Shown in pieces: positions 18,441 to 28,778 of a stretch of DNA of 64,000 nt (positions are counted from its first letter, which is position 1; every line of letters starts with the position of its first letter). This DNA comes from a virus. The stretch lies in the IMG/VR virus record IMGVR_UViG_3300007351_000587. One strand, given 5' to 3'. The notes under the pieces were generated by a model. That model was not told where the DNA came from and made no database searches. It saw only the letters and a list, made by a program, of their open reading frames with translations. Made by a program: the position numbers and the translations under genes.

Positions 18441-18920
18441 ATGAGGAAAAGGATGTCTGAATACCTTTCAGCTAACAGTGAAGAATTTCTTAAACCGTTG
18501 GAGAATCATTTAGAATCTGGAAAGCCATTAGCTTTGAGAGTTTGTTGGTCCAGAGTTGGTGGTGGTTCAAATGAATGTTTGTTAAAAACAGTAGATGATT
18601 TGGTTGTATTGAGAAGTAACCACAGATGGTGGAAACCACAAGCCATAATTTACGTTTGTTTTCATCCTTTTATAATATGGGATGGAAATTTAACAATGGA
18701 ATTGTTTCAGAAGATGTGGAAAGTTGGAATTAAGAGTTCTGAAGATGTGTTATTGATTGAACCAAATGGATTTTGGAGTAGGTATGAAACTGAAGATTTG
18801 TATGCATGGGTTTGTGAATTTATGGGTAAGAAAGTTGTTGTGATGAAGGAAACTAAATATGAAGATTTAGAAGCGTTAGTTCCAATGCCTGATGGCACAT
18901 TAGTTTCAGGAGCTTATTAA
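18441..18920 (+). CDS. Hypothetical protein
   Basis: ORF track. Confidence 0.6.
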   Translation: MRKRMSEYLSANSEEFLKPLENHLESGKPLALRVCWSRVGGGSNECLLKTVDDLVVLRSNHRWWKPQAIIYVCFHPFIIWDGNLTMELFQKMWKVGIKSSEDVLLIEPNGFWSRYETEDLYAWVCEFMGKKVVVMKETKYEDLEALVPMPDGTLVSGAY

Positions 18921-19981
18921 TGTTTTTATATGCTACGGCAGATAAGATTGGTCAAGAGAGTGGAGGAGGTCTAGTTACGGCCCAGGAACTCCAAGCATTA
19001 AAACAATTTGCTCGTGGCGAACAGGTTGTAGTTTTGGGAAAGGATGATATTGTTGGTGGAAGTGATCCTTGGGGCTGGGACCAAGTTCTGTTAGATACAT
19101 TAAAAAAACTCAAACCATTTAAGTTGGCACACTTTTATTCAGGTTCATTCACTTCATCGGTCAAGTATTTGAAAGAAAACGGCTGTAAGGTTACTTATAC
19201 ATGTGCTGCTCACAGAGTAGCAGATAGTAAAAAAGCGCATGAAGATATTGGATTACCATATAATTTACCGCATTTAACTGATCCCTCTTTGTGGGAAAAA
19301 TATAGTGGTGGGTATTGGAGTTCAGATGTTTTGATAGTGCCAAGTAAACATTCTGAGGAAGTGGTAAAAGAGCAAATGGATGCTCTTAAGATGTTTACCA
19401 GACCAAAGGTTAAAGTAGTTCCTCATGGTTGTCATGTGCCCAAGATAGGAATTAAACCAAGACCTTCTCAATTCGTTGTTGGTTATCTAGGCAGTGTTGG
19501 GGCAGATAAGAGTTTAAAGACTTTGTTGTTGGCTTGGAAGAAGTTAAAATATAAGAACTCATTACTCAAACTAGCTGGAAAGGAATCTACTTCAGACTTT
19601 GCCTATGCATTAATTAATGCTTTTGGTGGGGGTGGTTCTATTGTCTGTTGTGGATGGCAAACCAACATATCTGACTTCTACAATAGCATAACTGCTTATG
19701 TTCAACCTAGTGCTACTGAGGGATTCGGAATTGAAGTGTTAGAAGCTATGGCACATGGTAGAATTGCATTATGTTCAGATCATGCTGGGGCTAAAGATGT
19801 TGTTCATAGTTCTTGTGTGTTCCAAGCTAACAATCCAGATGCGTTAGCAGATAAGATTGAGGAAATGAAAACTACGTGGGATCTAGATGCTAGAGCTGTC
19901 ATTGCTAAAGAAACAGCTCAGAATTACGAATGGTCCAAAATTAGAGAGAAGTATATTAGAGTGTGGGAGAAATTGTTTTGA
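18920..19981 (+). CDS. Glycosyltransferase family 4 (GT-B)
   Basis: VVPHG, YVQPSATEGFGIEVLEAMAHG. Confidence 0.88.
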   Translation: MFLYATADKIGQESGGGLVTAQELQALKQFARGEQVVVLGKDDIVGGSDPWGWDQVLLDTLKKLKPFKLAHFYSGSFTSSVKYLKENGCKVTYTCAAHRVADSKKAHEDIGLPYNLPHLTDPSLWEKYSGGYWSSDVLIVPSKHSEEVVKEQMDALKMFTRPKVKVVPHGCHVPKIGIKPRPSQFVVGYLGSVGADKSLKTLLLAWKKLKYKNSLLKLAGKESTSDFAYALINAFGGGGSIVCCGWQTNISDFYNSITAYVQPSATEGFGIEVLEAMAHGRIALCSDHAGAKDVVHSSCVFQANNPDALADKIEEMKTTWDLDARAVIAKETAQNYEWSKIREKYIRVWEKLF

Positions 19982-20532
19982 TCAGATATTGCAAAAACCA
20001 CAGACGCTCTTTCTATGAAGAATGTTTAAATTGTTCAGTTGAAAATCCTTGGTTAGATGTATACCAATATTATAGGAGTCAACTTGAGAATCCCAGTTTG
20101 TGGGATTGCCAATTAAAATTGAAAGGCCCAAGGGTTATGATTGGAGAAGATCCAATTCATTATCCGGATAAAAATTGGGTTTGGAAGAAGTGTCCATCAT
20201 GTGTTAAAAAGCCGTTTCCGATTTCGCCTGATGTTCATAGACATGATATGTTTAAATATGATGATTCATTTAAGGGAATTTTAAGTTGTGCCTGGAAAGT
20301 GTATCCATATGAGCCTTGGTGGGAGCCTTCAGTTACGCCAGGATATAAGCGATTATTGATTAAGGCTTCCACTATGGGGGACACTTTATTTGTTCAAGAT
20401 GATTGGTACGCAGCATATGATCAACAAATGGAAACAGGACATCCCTTGTACGAAGATAGGAAGATAGTTATAGGATGTTACCATAAAACTGATAAATCAA
20501 TTAAAAATAAAGAAAATCCATTCTATACATAA
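19963..20532 (+). CDS. Hypothetical protein ending in ENPFYT
   Basis: ORF track. Confidence 0.6.
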   Translation: MGEIVLIRYCKNHRRSFYEECLNCSVENPWLDVYQYYRSQLENPSLWDCQLKLKGPRVMIGEDPIHYPDKNWVWKKCPSCVKKPFPISPDVHRHDMFKYDDSFKGILSCAWKVYPYEPWWEPSVTPGYKRLLIKASTMGDTLFVQDDWYAAYDQQMETGHPLYEDRKIVIGCYHKTDKSIKNKENPFYT

Positions 20533-20768
20533 GATAATAAGTTGTAGGAAATTATGAACCAGAACACTATAGATACTATTTTGGTATTTGTTTGTATATT
20601 TTTATACAGTATTGGTATTTATCTGACAATATTGACTGCTGAGATTAAAAACAAGAATAAATCTGAAAAGCAAGATTAGGGTTTGTTGTTCTACCGTTAT
20701 GGATAGGTATCAAATGGAAATGGTAGAGTTGGTTAATTTGTTTCAATCATTTCCAGTTTGGTACCAGT

Positions 20769-22067
20769 ATGAAAACCGAGAATACAGTAAAGATCAAGCA
20801 AGTTAGAAAACGAGATGGTAATTTAGATTCATACAATAACCGAAAGATAGTTAATGCTATATTTGCTGGAATGAAAGTAGTTAAAAATGGAAGTAAAGAA
20901 GATGCTACTAAAACAGCATTAGAAGTAGAAAGGAAATTAGCCAAAATAGCTGAAGAGTACAAGGATGCTGAGTACATTCCTAACGTTGAGGAAATTCAAG
21001 ATCTTGTTGAACAAGCGTTAATGGAGAATGGTTTTCACAGCGTAGCCAAAGAGTATATCTTATATCGTGAAAAAAGACGTCTTGAAAGAAAGCGCGATAT
21101 CTTTAAGAAGAGAGTTTATCTTAAACCATATGAATATCCAGAGTTTATCGAGTATATAGACGCTATCAGACACTCTTATTGGATTCATACCGAGTTTAAC
21201 TATACGAGCGATGTACAGGATTTCAAAGTAAATATTTCTGATTTAGAAAGAAATGTAATCAAGAATACTATGCTTGCCATTTCTCAAATTGAGGTGGCAG
21301 TAAAGATGTTTTGGGCGGACATATACAAGAAGTTACCTAAACCTGAAATAGCATCTGTTGGTGTGGTGTTTGCTGAGAGTGAAGTAAGACATCAAGATGC
21401 TTATTCACATTTGTTAGAAATTCTTGGTCTAAACAACGAATTCAAAAAGATATTTGATGTTCCTGTAATTAATCAGAGAATTAAGTTTCTCAGCAGTGTG
21501 CTAGAGACTTCAAAGAGTGAAGATAATAGGGAATATGTTCGTTCTATTCTGTATTTTTCATTATTTATAGAACATGTTTCTTTGTTTTCACAGTTTCTCA
21601 TAATGATGTCGTTCAATAAGTTCAAAAATGTATTCAAGGGAATATCCAATGCTGTTGAAGCAACTAGCAAAGAAGAGCAGATTCATGGGCTGTTTGGCAT
21701 CAGTATCATCAAAACTATTAAAGAAGAGCATCCAGATTGGTTTGATGAAGAGTTAACACAAGATATATATGATTCTTGTGAAAAGGCTTATGAGGTTGAA
21801 GAACAAGTTGTTGATTGGATATTTGAGAATGGTGAGCTTGATTTTTTACCCAAAGATGTAATCAAAGAATTTATTAAGAGTAGATTGAATAATTCTCTTC
21901 ATGCTATTGGATTAAAGAAAACATTCAAAGTTGATAAGCAGCTTCTTGAAAAAACGGAATGGTTTGATGATGAAATCATAGCCACTAAGCATAATGATTT
22001 CTTCAATAAAAGGTCGGTAAATTACAACAAACGGAGTAAGAGTGTAACAAGCAATGATTTATTTTAA
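20769..22067 (+). CDS. nrdB: Class I ribonucleotide reductase beta subunit with an N-terminal ATP-cone
   Basis: VRKRDG...VEEIQDLVEQALME ATP-cone; QIEVAVK, ESEVRHQDAY, EHVSLFSQF, EEQIH. Confidence 0.92.
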   Translation: MKTENTVKIKQVRKRDGNLDSYNNRKIVNAIFAGMKVVKNGSKEDATKTALEVERKLAKIAEEYKDAEYIPNVEEIQDLVEQALMENGFHSVAKEYILYREKRRLERKRDIFKKRVYLKPYEYPEFIEYIDAIRHSYWIHTEFNYTSDVQDFKVNISDLERNVIKNTMLAISQIEVAVKMFWADIYKKLPKPEIASVGVVFAESEVRHQDAYSHLLEILGLNNEFKKIFDVPVINQRIKFLSSVLETSKSEDNREYVRSILYFSLFIEHVSLFSQFLIMMSFNKFKNVFKGISNAVEATSKEEQIHGLFGISIIKTIKEEHPDWFDEELTQDIYDSCEKAYEVEEQVVDWIFENGELDFLPKDVIKEFIKSRLNNSLHAIGLKKTFKVDKQLLEKTEWFDDEIIATKHNDFFNKRSVNYNKRSKSVTSNDLF

Positions 22068-22069
22068 AT

Positions 22070-23764
22070 ATGAAAAATATGAGACAACCGTTTGCGTGGT
22101 TAAATAAGAACAGCTGTAAATTCCTGAGTCGTGAGTATTTATCTGAAGGAGTAACCCCTGAAGAACGTATTTTAGCTGTTGCAAAGCACGCTGAGAATCT
22201 TCTAAATAAAGACGGTTTTGCTGACAAGTTTTATGATTATATGGGTAAGGGATATTACTCTTTATCTACTCCTGTATGGGCTAATTTTGGTTTGAAAAAA
22301 GGACTTCCCATTAGTTGTTTTTCATCACATATATGCGATGATATGCCAGATATTCTATATACTGTAGCTGAAGCAGGGATGTTTAGCAAATTTGGTGGGG
22401 GAACCGCAGGTTACATAGGTGATGTGAGAGGTCGTGGCAAAGAAATCACAGATAATGGAGTATCCTCTGGGGCTGTTCATTTTTTACAGCTGTTCGAAAC
22501 ACTTGTAAATGTAGTTAGTCAAGGATCAACCAGAAGAGGTCATTTTTCACCATATCTTCCAATTGAACATTCAGATATAGAAGAATTTCTTGAGATAGGC
22601 ACTGAAGGAAATCCAATTCAAAAGCTTACTCATGGTGTGACGGTAACGGATAAGTGGATGCAGGAGATGATTGATGGTGATTCAAAGAAAAGATCTATTT
22701 GGGCAAAACTGTTGCAAAGCAGAGTTGAAGTTGGTTATCCATATGTATTTTGGAATGATAATGTAAACCAAAATACAGTTGATGTATATAAGGATAAAAA
22801 CATTCCGATTAGACATAGTAATATGTGTTCGGAAATTATGTTACCAACTAATGAGGATTGGTCGTTCGTATGTTGTCTCTCTTCTATGAACTTGTTGTAT
22901 TATGATGAATGGAAAGATACTGACGCAGTTGAAACTTTGGTCTACTTCTTGGATTCAGTCATGGAGGAGTTTATCCAAAGGCTTGAATCAATGAGGGATA
23001 GTCCTCAACGCGATAAGCAAATGGCTTTTCATTTTATGAGAAAAGCTTACAAGTTTGCTGTTGATAATAGAGCATTAGGATTAGGTGTTCTTGGTTGGCA
23101 TTCTTATCTTCAATCCAAGATGATTCCATTTGAAAGCAAAGAAGCCAAAACAGAGAATGTGAAAATATTCAAACTGATTCAAGAGAGATCATACGCTGCT
23201 TCAAAGCAATTAGCAGTAGAATATGGTGAGCCTCCATTACTTAAAGGTTATGGCAGACGTAATAGTACGCTTAATGCAGTAGCTCCTACTACTTCTTCTT
23301 CGTTCATATTAGGTCAAGTGTCGCAAGGTATAGAGCCATTCCTTTCAAATTGTTGTGTTCAAGATCTAGCTAAAATGAAGATAACGTTTAAGAATCCTTT
23401 TTTGAAAGACCTGTTGGAAGAGAAAGGTCAAAATACAAAAGAGGTTTGGGATTCTATTAGAAACAAAGATGGTTCTGTTCAGCATTTGAGCTTCTTATCA
23501 GATCATGAAAAGGATGTATTTAAGACGTTTTCTGAGATAGATCAAATTGCTATAATTGATCAAGCAGCATCTAGGCAGCAATATATAGATCAAGGTCAAT
23601 CGCTTAATCTTATGATTAATCCCAAGATGCCAACAAAGGACATTAACGCATTGTACATATTTGCATGGAAGTCTGGTATTAAGACTTTGTATTATCAGCA
23701 TAGTACAAATGCAGCTCAGCAGTTCAGTCAATCTAAAATGTGTATAGGCAGTTGTGAAGCATAA
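22070..23764 (+). CDS. nrdA: Class I ribonucleotide reductase alpha subunit without ATP-cone
   Basis: PISCF, SNMCSEI, RALGLGVLG, APTTSSS, KTLYY, C-terminal CIGSCEA. Confidence 0.93.
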   Translation: MKNMRQPFAWLNKNSCKFLSREYLSEGVTPEERILAVAKHAENLLNKDGFADKFYDYMGKGYYSLSTPVWANFGLKKGLPISCFSSHICDDMPDILYTVAEAGMFSKFGGGTAGYIGDVRGRGKEITDNGVSSGAVHFLQLFETLVNVVSQGSTRRGHFSPYLPIEHSDIEEFLEIGTEGNPIQKLTHGVTVTDKWMQEMIDGDSKKRSIWAKLLQSRVEVGYPYVFWNDNVNQNTVDVYKDKNIPIRHSNMCSEIMLPTNEDWSFVCCLSSMNLLYYDEWKDTDAVETLVYFLDSVMEEFIQRLESMRDSPQRDKQMAFHFMRKAYKFAVDNRALGLGVLGWHSYLQSKMIPFESKEAKTENVKIFKLIQERSYAASKQLAVEYGEPPLLKGYGRRNSTLNAVAPTTSSSFILGQVSQGIEPFLSNCCVQDLAKMKITFKNPFLKDLLEEKGQNTKEVWDSIRNKDGSVQHLSFLSDHEKDVFKTFSEIDQIAIIDQAASRQQYIDQGQSLNLMINPKMPTKDINALYIFAWKSGIKTLYYQHSTNAAQQFSQSKMCIGSCEA

Positions 23765-23772
23765 AGGGGTTA

Positions 23773-24003
23773 TTGATGGGATATGCTAGAGAAAACTTTG
23801 TTCCTGATTTTGGTAATATAGATTTGGCCCAGGAGTTCACGATCGTTACAAAGCCTGTTAAATCAAAAACTCAAGGTGAGTTTGTGTATGTTTTGCCTGA
23901 TGATCCAGAATTAATAGTGTGTAACTTAAACGGATTGTCATTTACAATGAGACTCAATGGTCCTAAAAAGAATCCTTTTTACAAAGAATTTCATGACAAG
24001 TGA
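23773..24003 (+). CDS. Hypothetical protein with C-terminal KKNPFY
   Basis: ORF track. Confidence 0.55.
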   Translation: MMGYARENFVPDFGNIDLAQEFTIVTKPVKSKTQGEFVYVLPDDPELIVCNLNGLSFTMRLNGPKKNPFYKEFHDK

Positions 24004-24175
24004 AGAAATATTGTTTGAATGCGAAGAGCGAATGGAGAAGGTAGTTCAGATGTTTTCAGATGAATTAAGAGGTCTGAGGATTCCTCCAAAGTCAGGTGAA
24101 ATAAAAATAGATTTAGATATGGTTAGAAGATATATTCATTATTTAGACACTAATAATAACTTAGGGAGATCTTAA
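23957..24175 (+). CDS. Hypothetical protein with RRF-like N-terminus (EERMEKVV...ELRGLR); start probably 23993
   Basis: ORF track; weak recalled resemblance to the ribosome recycling factor N-terminal helix. Confidence 0.4.
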   Translation: MVLKRILFTKNFMTSEEILFECEERMEKVVQMFSDELRGLRIPPKSGEIKIDLDMVRRYIHYLDTNNNLGRS

Positions 24176-24469
24176 ATGGACGCAAAAGACGTCAAATATA
24201 TGAATGAAGATTTTGAAGAAGCAGTTAAATCTTCAAAAGAGAATTTTGACGATTGGCAGGAACGTTTTGGAAAAAATACGTATGGATCGCATGAGTTGAT
24301 GGATAGGGTATATGTGTTATATGAAAATTGGGAAACTTATGTTCTTTCTCATCCTACTACCTCTCTAGACAAGTCGCTTTATGAAAAGGCTTGGAAGATA
24401 AATAAAGCCATGGCTGATTTCTATCAAGAGGTTGGAAGATGGGATTGTCCTGAAGAGGAGAAAAAATGA
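24176..24469 (+). CDS. Hypothetical protein
   Basis: ORF track. Confidence 0.6.
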   Translation: MDAKDVKYMNEDFEEAVKSSKENFDDWQERFGKNTYGSHELMDRVYVLYENWETYVLSHPTTSLDKSLYEKAWKINKAMADFYQEVGRWDCPEEEKK

Positions 24470-24744
24470 GATCTGTATTGTTAGTTATTAGAGCTGATTT
24501 TGGTACTTATTTTGCTATAGAAATGATGTTGCATGAAGCTTTGGATATTATTTCTAAACATAAGGATTCAAAACTTCCTAAAATCCTTTCTGGAACAACA
24601 CCAAACGGTGGTGCTTGGAGTGTTGAATCTAGTAAGATTACGTTAATGCATACGCAAGAAATAGATAGAACAGCTATGTCGCAACAGCAACAATCACCAA
24701 TAGGTACTTTACCCCTAATTAATTGGAAGGGGTCTGGAATTTAA
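24466..24744 (+). CDS. Hypothetical protein
   Basis: ORF track. Confidence 0.55.
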   Translation: MRSVLLVIRADFGTYFAIEMMLHEALDIISKHKDSKLPKILSGTTPNGGAWSVESSKITLMHTQEIDRTAMSQQQQSPIGTLPLINWKGSGI

Positions 24745-24757
24745 ATGGAGATGTGGA

Positions 24758-25435
24758 ATGAATGCTAAGGATCGTGAAAAGTTAATTATGGATAATACTG
24801 GTGTTGTAGGAATTGTGGCTAAAAAAGCCTGGGGATTAAACTATGTTAGAAAGTCTTTAGGTACTTTTGAAGATGCATTCCAGATAGGAATGGTCGGTTT
24901 ATGTAAGGCAGCAGATAAATTTGATCCAACCAGGTTGGTCCAAAAAGGACCAACTAAAGGTAAGCCAGTCAAGTTTGGATCTTATGCTGGTATTACGGTA
25001 TGGAATGAAATTACTCGGACAGCCATTTCAAATAGCATAATTGCTTTGCCTGAAATAATAGCCAAAAAGAAGAAAAATGCAAATTTAAAATATGAAGAAC
25101 TGGCCAAAAAGGCACTAAGCACTAGGTATATTGAAGATGTACAAATAGATCCTAGAGACAGAAGATCTCTTTCAGTTCCAGATAAAATTCATAATAGAGA
25201 AGTATTTTCTATATTGAATGAGCATATTTCTAAGCTAGATGATAGACAACAAAGGGTAATCAAAACTTATTTTCATTTCCCTGGTTTCAAAGGTCCGGGA
25301 TGTGATTTAAGTGCTGATCTGGGTATCACAAGACAAAGAGTTCAACAAGTCAAATGTGAAGCCATTTTAAAACTTAAAAAGAGTTTAGAATCATCATTAA
25401 TTGAGGAGTTGTATTGTATCAATGCTAACTATTAA
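24758..25435 (+). CDS. Sigma70-family RNA polymerase sigma factor (alternative, group 3-like)
   Basis: EDAFQIGMVGLCKAADKFDP region 2; LDDRQQ...LGITRQRVQQ region 4 HTH. Confidence 0.85.
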   Translation: MNAKDREKLIMDNTGVVGIVAKKAWGLNYVRKSLGTFEDAFQIGMVGLCKAADKFDPTRLVQKGPTKGKPVKFGSYAGITVWNEITRTAISNSIIALPEIIAKKKKNANLKYEELAKKALSTRYIEDVQIDPRDRRSLSVPDKIHNREVFSILNEHISKLDDRQQRVIKTYFHFPGFKGPGCDLSADLGITRQRVQQVKCEAILKLKKSLESSLIEELYCINANY

Positions 25436-27317
25436 TCGATCTCCTGGTACTAAAATATTGGAACTTGGAGGAGGCAGCCGTCCTCAAGTTCATCCCACCT
25501 GTTTGGGTGGTAGTGATATACATATTGACGCTAGACAATGTCATACACCTGATGGTAGAAACACCGTTGATAAAGAGCATGATTTAACAGTATTTCCATG
25601 GCCAGTTAATGATAATGAATTTGATGGTGTTATTTCTATTTTTTGTTTAGAACACTGTCCATATACTAAGACATTACAGTTTTTGAAAGAGTCTTTCAGA
25701 GCTTGTAAACCAGGTAGTAAGGTTTTGTTTATTATCCCTAACACTGAAAAACAAGTTCAGTGGATATTAAATAATCCAAATGGTTGGGACGGTAAAGATT
25801 TTTTCACTAGCGCAAGTGAGAAGCTGTTTGGTTCTCAAGATGATTCAGTGAAGGAACAAGAGGTGTTCAAAGGTTCCTTTCATGCTGCTTATTTTAATCC
25901 AATAACTGTTAATGATTTGTTTCAAAAAGCTGGTTTTGAGAGCATAGTAATTAAACCATATGGAACAAGGGAAACAGATATGGCAGTTGAAGCTATCAAA
26001 CCAGTAAACGTAAATACACCTGTAGCTCAGAGCCAACAAGAGCAGCTGGCCGGTAACCAGAAGGTCGGGGAGGGGGATAACGAAGGCCAAGTGATTTCTC
26101 CCGTGGCGACCCCCCAGGTGACATACAATGGTCCAAATGTTGCTAGTTTGACATCTGAACAAAGAGCATTATTGTTTAATAGTAAGTATTTTGACAAATA
26201 TCCAGGTAGTAAATTGGGTTATTATTGGGATGATCCCCATCATGACATAGTGTTTAGAAAAGTATTGGAACACAAACCAGAAAGTGTACTTGAACTTGGG
26301 TGTGGTCGTGGGTACATACTTAAAAGAATAGAAGATGTTGGAATTAATTGCGTTGGGTTTGATATATCTAAACATGTTAAATTAACTAAAGTTTCCAGTA
26401 GAGTGTTTACTCATGATGTGTTAACAGGGTTTGCTGGAATAGAGCTAGATAAAGGACATGATTTGTGTTTTAGTTTTAGGTTTTTGGAATATGTACCTGA
26501 AGAACATATTCCAAGTTTGGTTAAGGAAATGGAAAGAACGTGCAAGAGAGGTTTACATGGAATTACATTTGCAGGACAGGAAGACGGTGTAGATTCATTA
26601 AGATGTACATTAAAAACTAGAGAGTGGTGGCAGGGTGTTCTCCCTCAAGGACATAGTGTATACTCCATTGCTGAAATGCAACAAGGAAATCTTGATCCTA
26701 GATATGTTGCTGGAGATGGTAGAACTAAAGTTAATGTTGGTTGTGCTTGGACCATGTTCCATAATGGGTGGGATAATATTGATATTATAGATGTTGCCGG
26801 TTTTGCTGGTGGGTATGTATACAAGTACAAGCAACATGATGCTAAAACTGGTTTACCTTATGGAACAGGAATTGTTGATCTGATTTATACAAGTCATTTC
26901 TTGGAACACATTAGTTATGAAGAGGGATTAACATTCCTACGTAGTTGTAGAAGAGTGATTCGTCCAGATGGTGGAATGAGAATTTTGGTACCAGATGCTG
27001 AACTCCTTAATAGAATGTATCTTAAGCCATATGATCAGTTTAATGGAAACGTGTTGAGTGATTTTGATGAAATAAATGGCAATTGTGCTAAAGCGACCAC
27101 TCCTGCTGGTAAGATGTGGTCTTTATTACACGAGAATCATAAGTGTTGTTATGATGCAGATACACTTTGTAATATGTTAGTAGACGCTAAGTGGGAACCC
27201 AAGGTGTCTCAGTTTAGAACAGCTATGTTCCCTCCAATTGAACAAATATTGAAGGAAACAGTAGAAATGAGCTACGGATTCTCATTGTTTATTGATGCTG
27301 TACCAGCTAAGAACTAA
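25422..27317 (+). CDS. Multi-domain SAM-dependent methyltransferase (three MTase-like units)
   Basis: ILELGGG...SIFCLEH; VLELGCGRG...FLEY; VNVGCA...SHFLEH...RRVIRPDG. Confidence 0.8.
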   Translation: MLTINRSPGTKILELGGGSRPQVHPTCLGGSDIHIDARQCHTPDGRNTVDKEHDLTVFPWPVNDNEFDGVISIFCLEHCPYTKTLQFLKESFRACKPGSKVLFIIPNTEKQVQWILNNPNGWDGKDFFTSASEKLFGSQDDSVKEQEVFKGSFHAAYFNPITVNDLFQKAGFESIVIKPYGTRETDMAVEAIKPVNVNTPVAQSQQEQLAGNQKVGEGDNEGQVISPVATPQVTYNGPNVASLTSEQRALLFNSKYFDKYPGSKLGYYWDDPHHDIVFRKVLEHKPESVLELGCGRGYILKRIEDVGINCVGFDISKHVKLTKVSSRVFTHDVLTGFAGIELDKGHDLCFSFRFLEYVPEEHIPSLVKEMERTCKRGLHGITFAGQEDGVDSLRCTLKTREWWQGVLPQGHSVYSIAEMQQGNLDPRYVAGDGRTKVNVGCAWTMFHNGWDNIDIIDVAGFAGGYVYKYKQHDAKTGLPYGTGIVDLIYTSHFLEHISYEEGLTFLRSCRRVIRPDGGMRILVPDAELLNRMYLKPYDQFNGNVLSDFDEINGNCAKATTPAGKMWSLLHENHKCCYDADTLCNMLVDAKWEPKVSQFRTAMFPPIEQILKETVEMSYGFSLFIDAVPAKN

Positions 27318-27338
27318 CTCTAACAAAGGTAGTCAAAG

Positions 27339-28613
27339 ATGACTAGGTTTGATGGGGTGCTTCGTCCATATAGTACCGACCAAGTAAGAAAATTACAAGG
27401 GTCTTTGTTAGAAAATCATTCTTATGCTAATCTTGTAGCAGAGAAATTATGGAAGAAGTTGAATGAAGAAAATTATGTACATGCGCTTGGTGCTGTAACT
27501 GGCAATCAAGCAATGCAGATGGTCAGGGCTGGATTATCTGCTATATACTGTTCTGGTTGGCAAGTAGCTGCAGATAACAATGATTCACTTCAAATGTATC
27601 CAGATCAATCATTGTATGCTGTTAACAGCGTGCCAATGCTAGTAAGGCGAATTAATAATTGTCTACGAAGAGCGGATCAAATTGAATGGATGGAAAATAA
27701 TGTTACTAAAGATTGGTTTGTTCCGATTGTAGCAGATGCAGAGGCTGGATTTGGCGGTCCATTGAATGTGTTTGAGTTAATGAAGTCTATGATAGAGGCA
27801 GGGGCAGCCGGAGTTCATTTTGAGGATCAACTAGCTTCTGCTAAGAAGTGTGGTCACATGGGTGGGAAAGTATTAATCCCTACCTCTCAATTTATAAAGA
27901 CATTAGTAGCTGCTAGATTAGCAGCTGATGTATGTAATACTTCTACTATTATCATTGCTAGAACTGATGCTGATAGCGCTAAGTTGTTGACATCTGATAT
28001 AGATCCTATTGATAGACCGTTTATAAAACGCAAAGATACTTCATTGGAAGGTAACTTTGGCGACACATTAATTAGATCAGAAATATGTAGAACTGAAGAA
28101 GGATTTTATGAAATAACTGGTGGTTTGGATATGGCCATAGCTAGGGGATTGGCATATGCTCCTTATGCTGATTTAATTTGGTGTGAGACTTCTACTCCTT
28201 CAATAGAAGGAGCTAAGAAGTTTGCGGATGCTATTCATGAGAAGTTCCCAGGTAAATTATTAGCGTATAATTGCAGTCCTAGTTTCAACTGGAAAAAATA
28301 TCTGAGTAATAGTGAGATGTATGAATTCCAAATGAAATTGGGTGAATTAGGTTACAAATTCCAATTCATTACTCTCGCAGGGTTTCATTCATTAAATTAC
28401 AGTATGTTTGAATTATCTAGGAAATACAAATATTTAGGTATGACTGCTTATTCAGAATTACAAAGTGATGAGTTTCTTTCTGAAAGGAGTAATGGTTACA
28501 CAGCAGTTAAACACCAAAGAGAAGTGGGAACAGGCTATTTTGACGCAGTGATGGAGACAATAGGATCATCATTAACTGCATTAGGTGAATCAACTGAAAC
28601 GGCACAGTTTTAG
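27339..28613 (+). CDS. aceA: Isocitrate lyase
   Basis: [34 protein letters not shown] catalytic loop, [15 protein letters not shown]. Confidence 0.95.
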   Translation: MTRFDGVLRPYSTDQVRKLQGSLLENHSYANLVAEKLWKKLNEENYVHALGAVTGNQAMQMVRAGLSAIYCSGWQVAADNNDSLQMYPDQSLYAVNSVPMLVRRINNCLRRADQIEWMENNVTKDWFVPIVADAEAGFGGPLNVFELMKSMIEAGAAGVHFEDQLASAKKCGHMGGKVLIPTSQFIKTLVAARLAADVCNTSTIIIARTDADSAKLLTSDIDPIDRPFIKRKDTSLEGNFGDTLIRSEICRTEEGFYEITGGLDMAIARGLAYAPYADLIWCETSTPSIEGAKKFADAIHEKFPGKLLAYNCSPSFNWKKYLSNSEMYEFQMKLGELGYKFQFITLAGFHSLNYSMFELSRKYKYLGMTAYSELQSDEFLSERSNGYTAVKHQREVGTGYFDAVMETIGSSLTALGESTETAQF

Positions 28614-28727
28614 TAGATAAATTATGATAGTTTTTACTATTTATATTTTGTTACTGGTGATTTCCGCTTTATTGGGTATTGTAGTGATGGAATGGATTTA
28701 TAGAAATTAGCGAATTATTTATTCATA

Positions 28728-28753
28728 AAACTTTTTATTGAGTTCAACGTCTA
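28728..28753 (+). promoter_or_regulatory. ECF-type promoter, copy 3
   Basis: AAAC 28728-31, N16, CGTCTA 28748-53. Confidence 0.75.
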
Positions 28754-28778
28754 GTTTTTAGGTTAAGGTATAGGAAAT

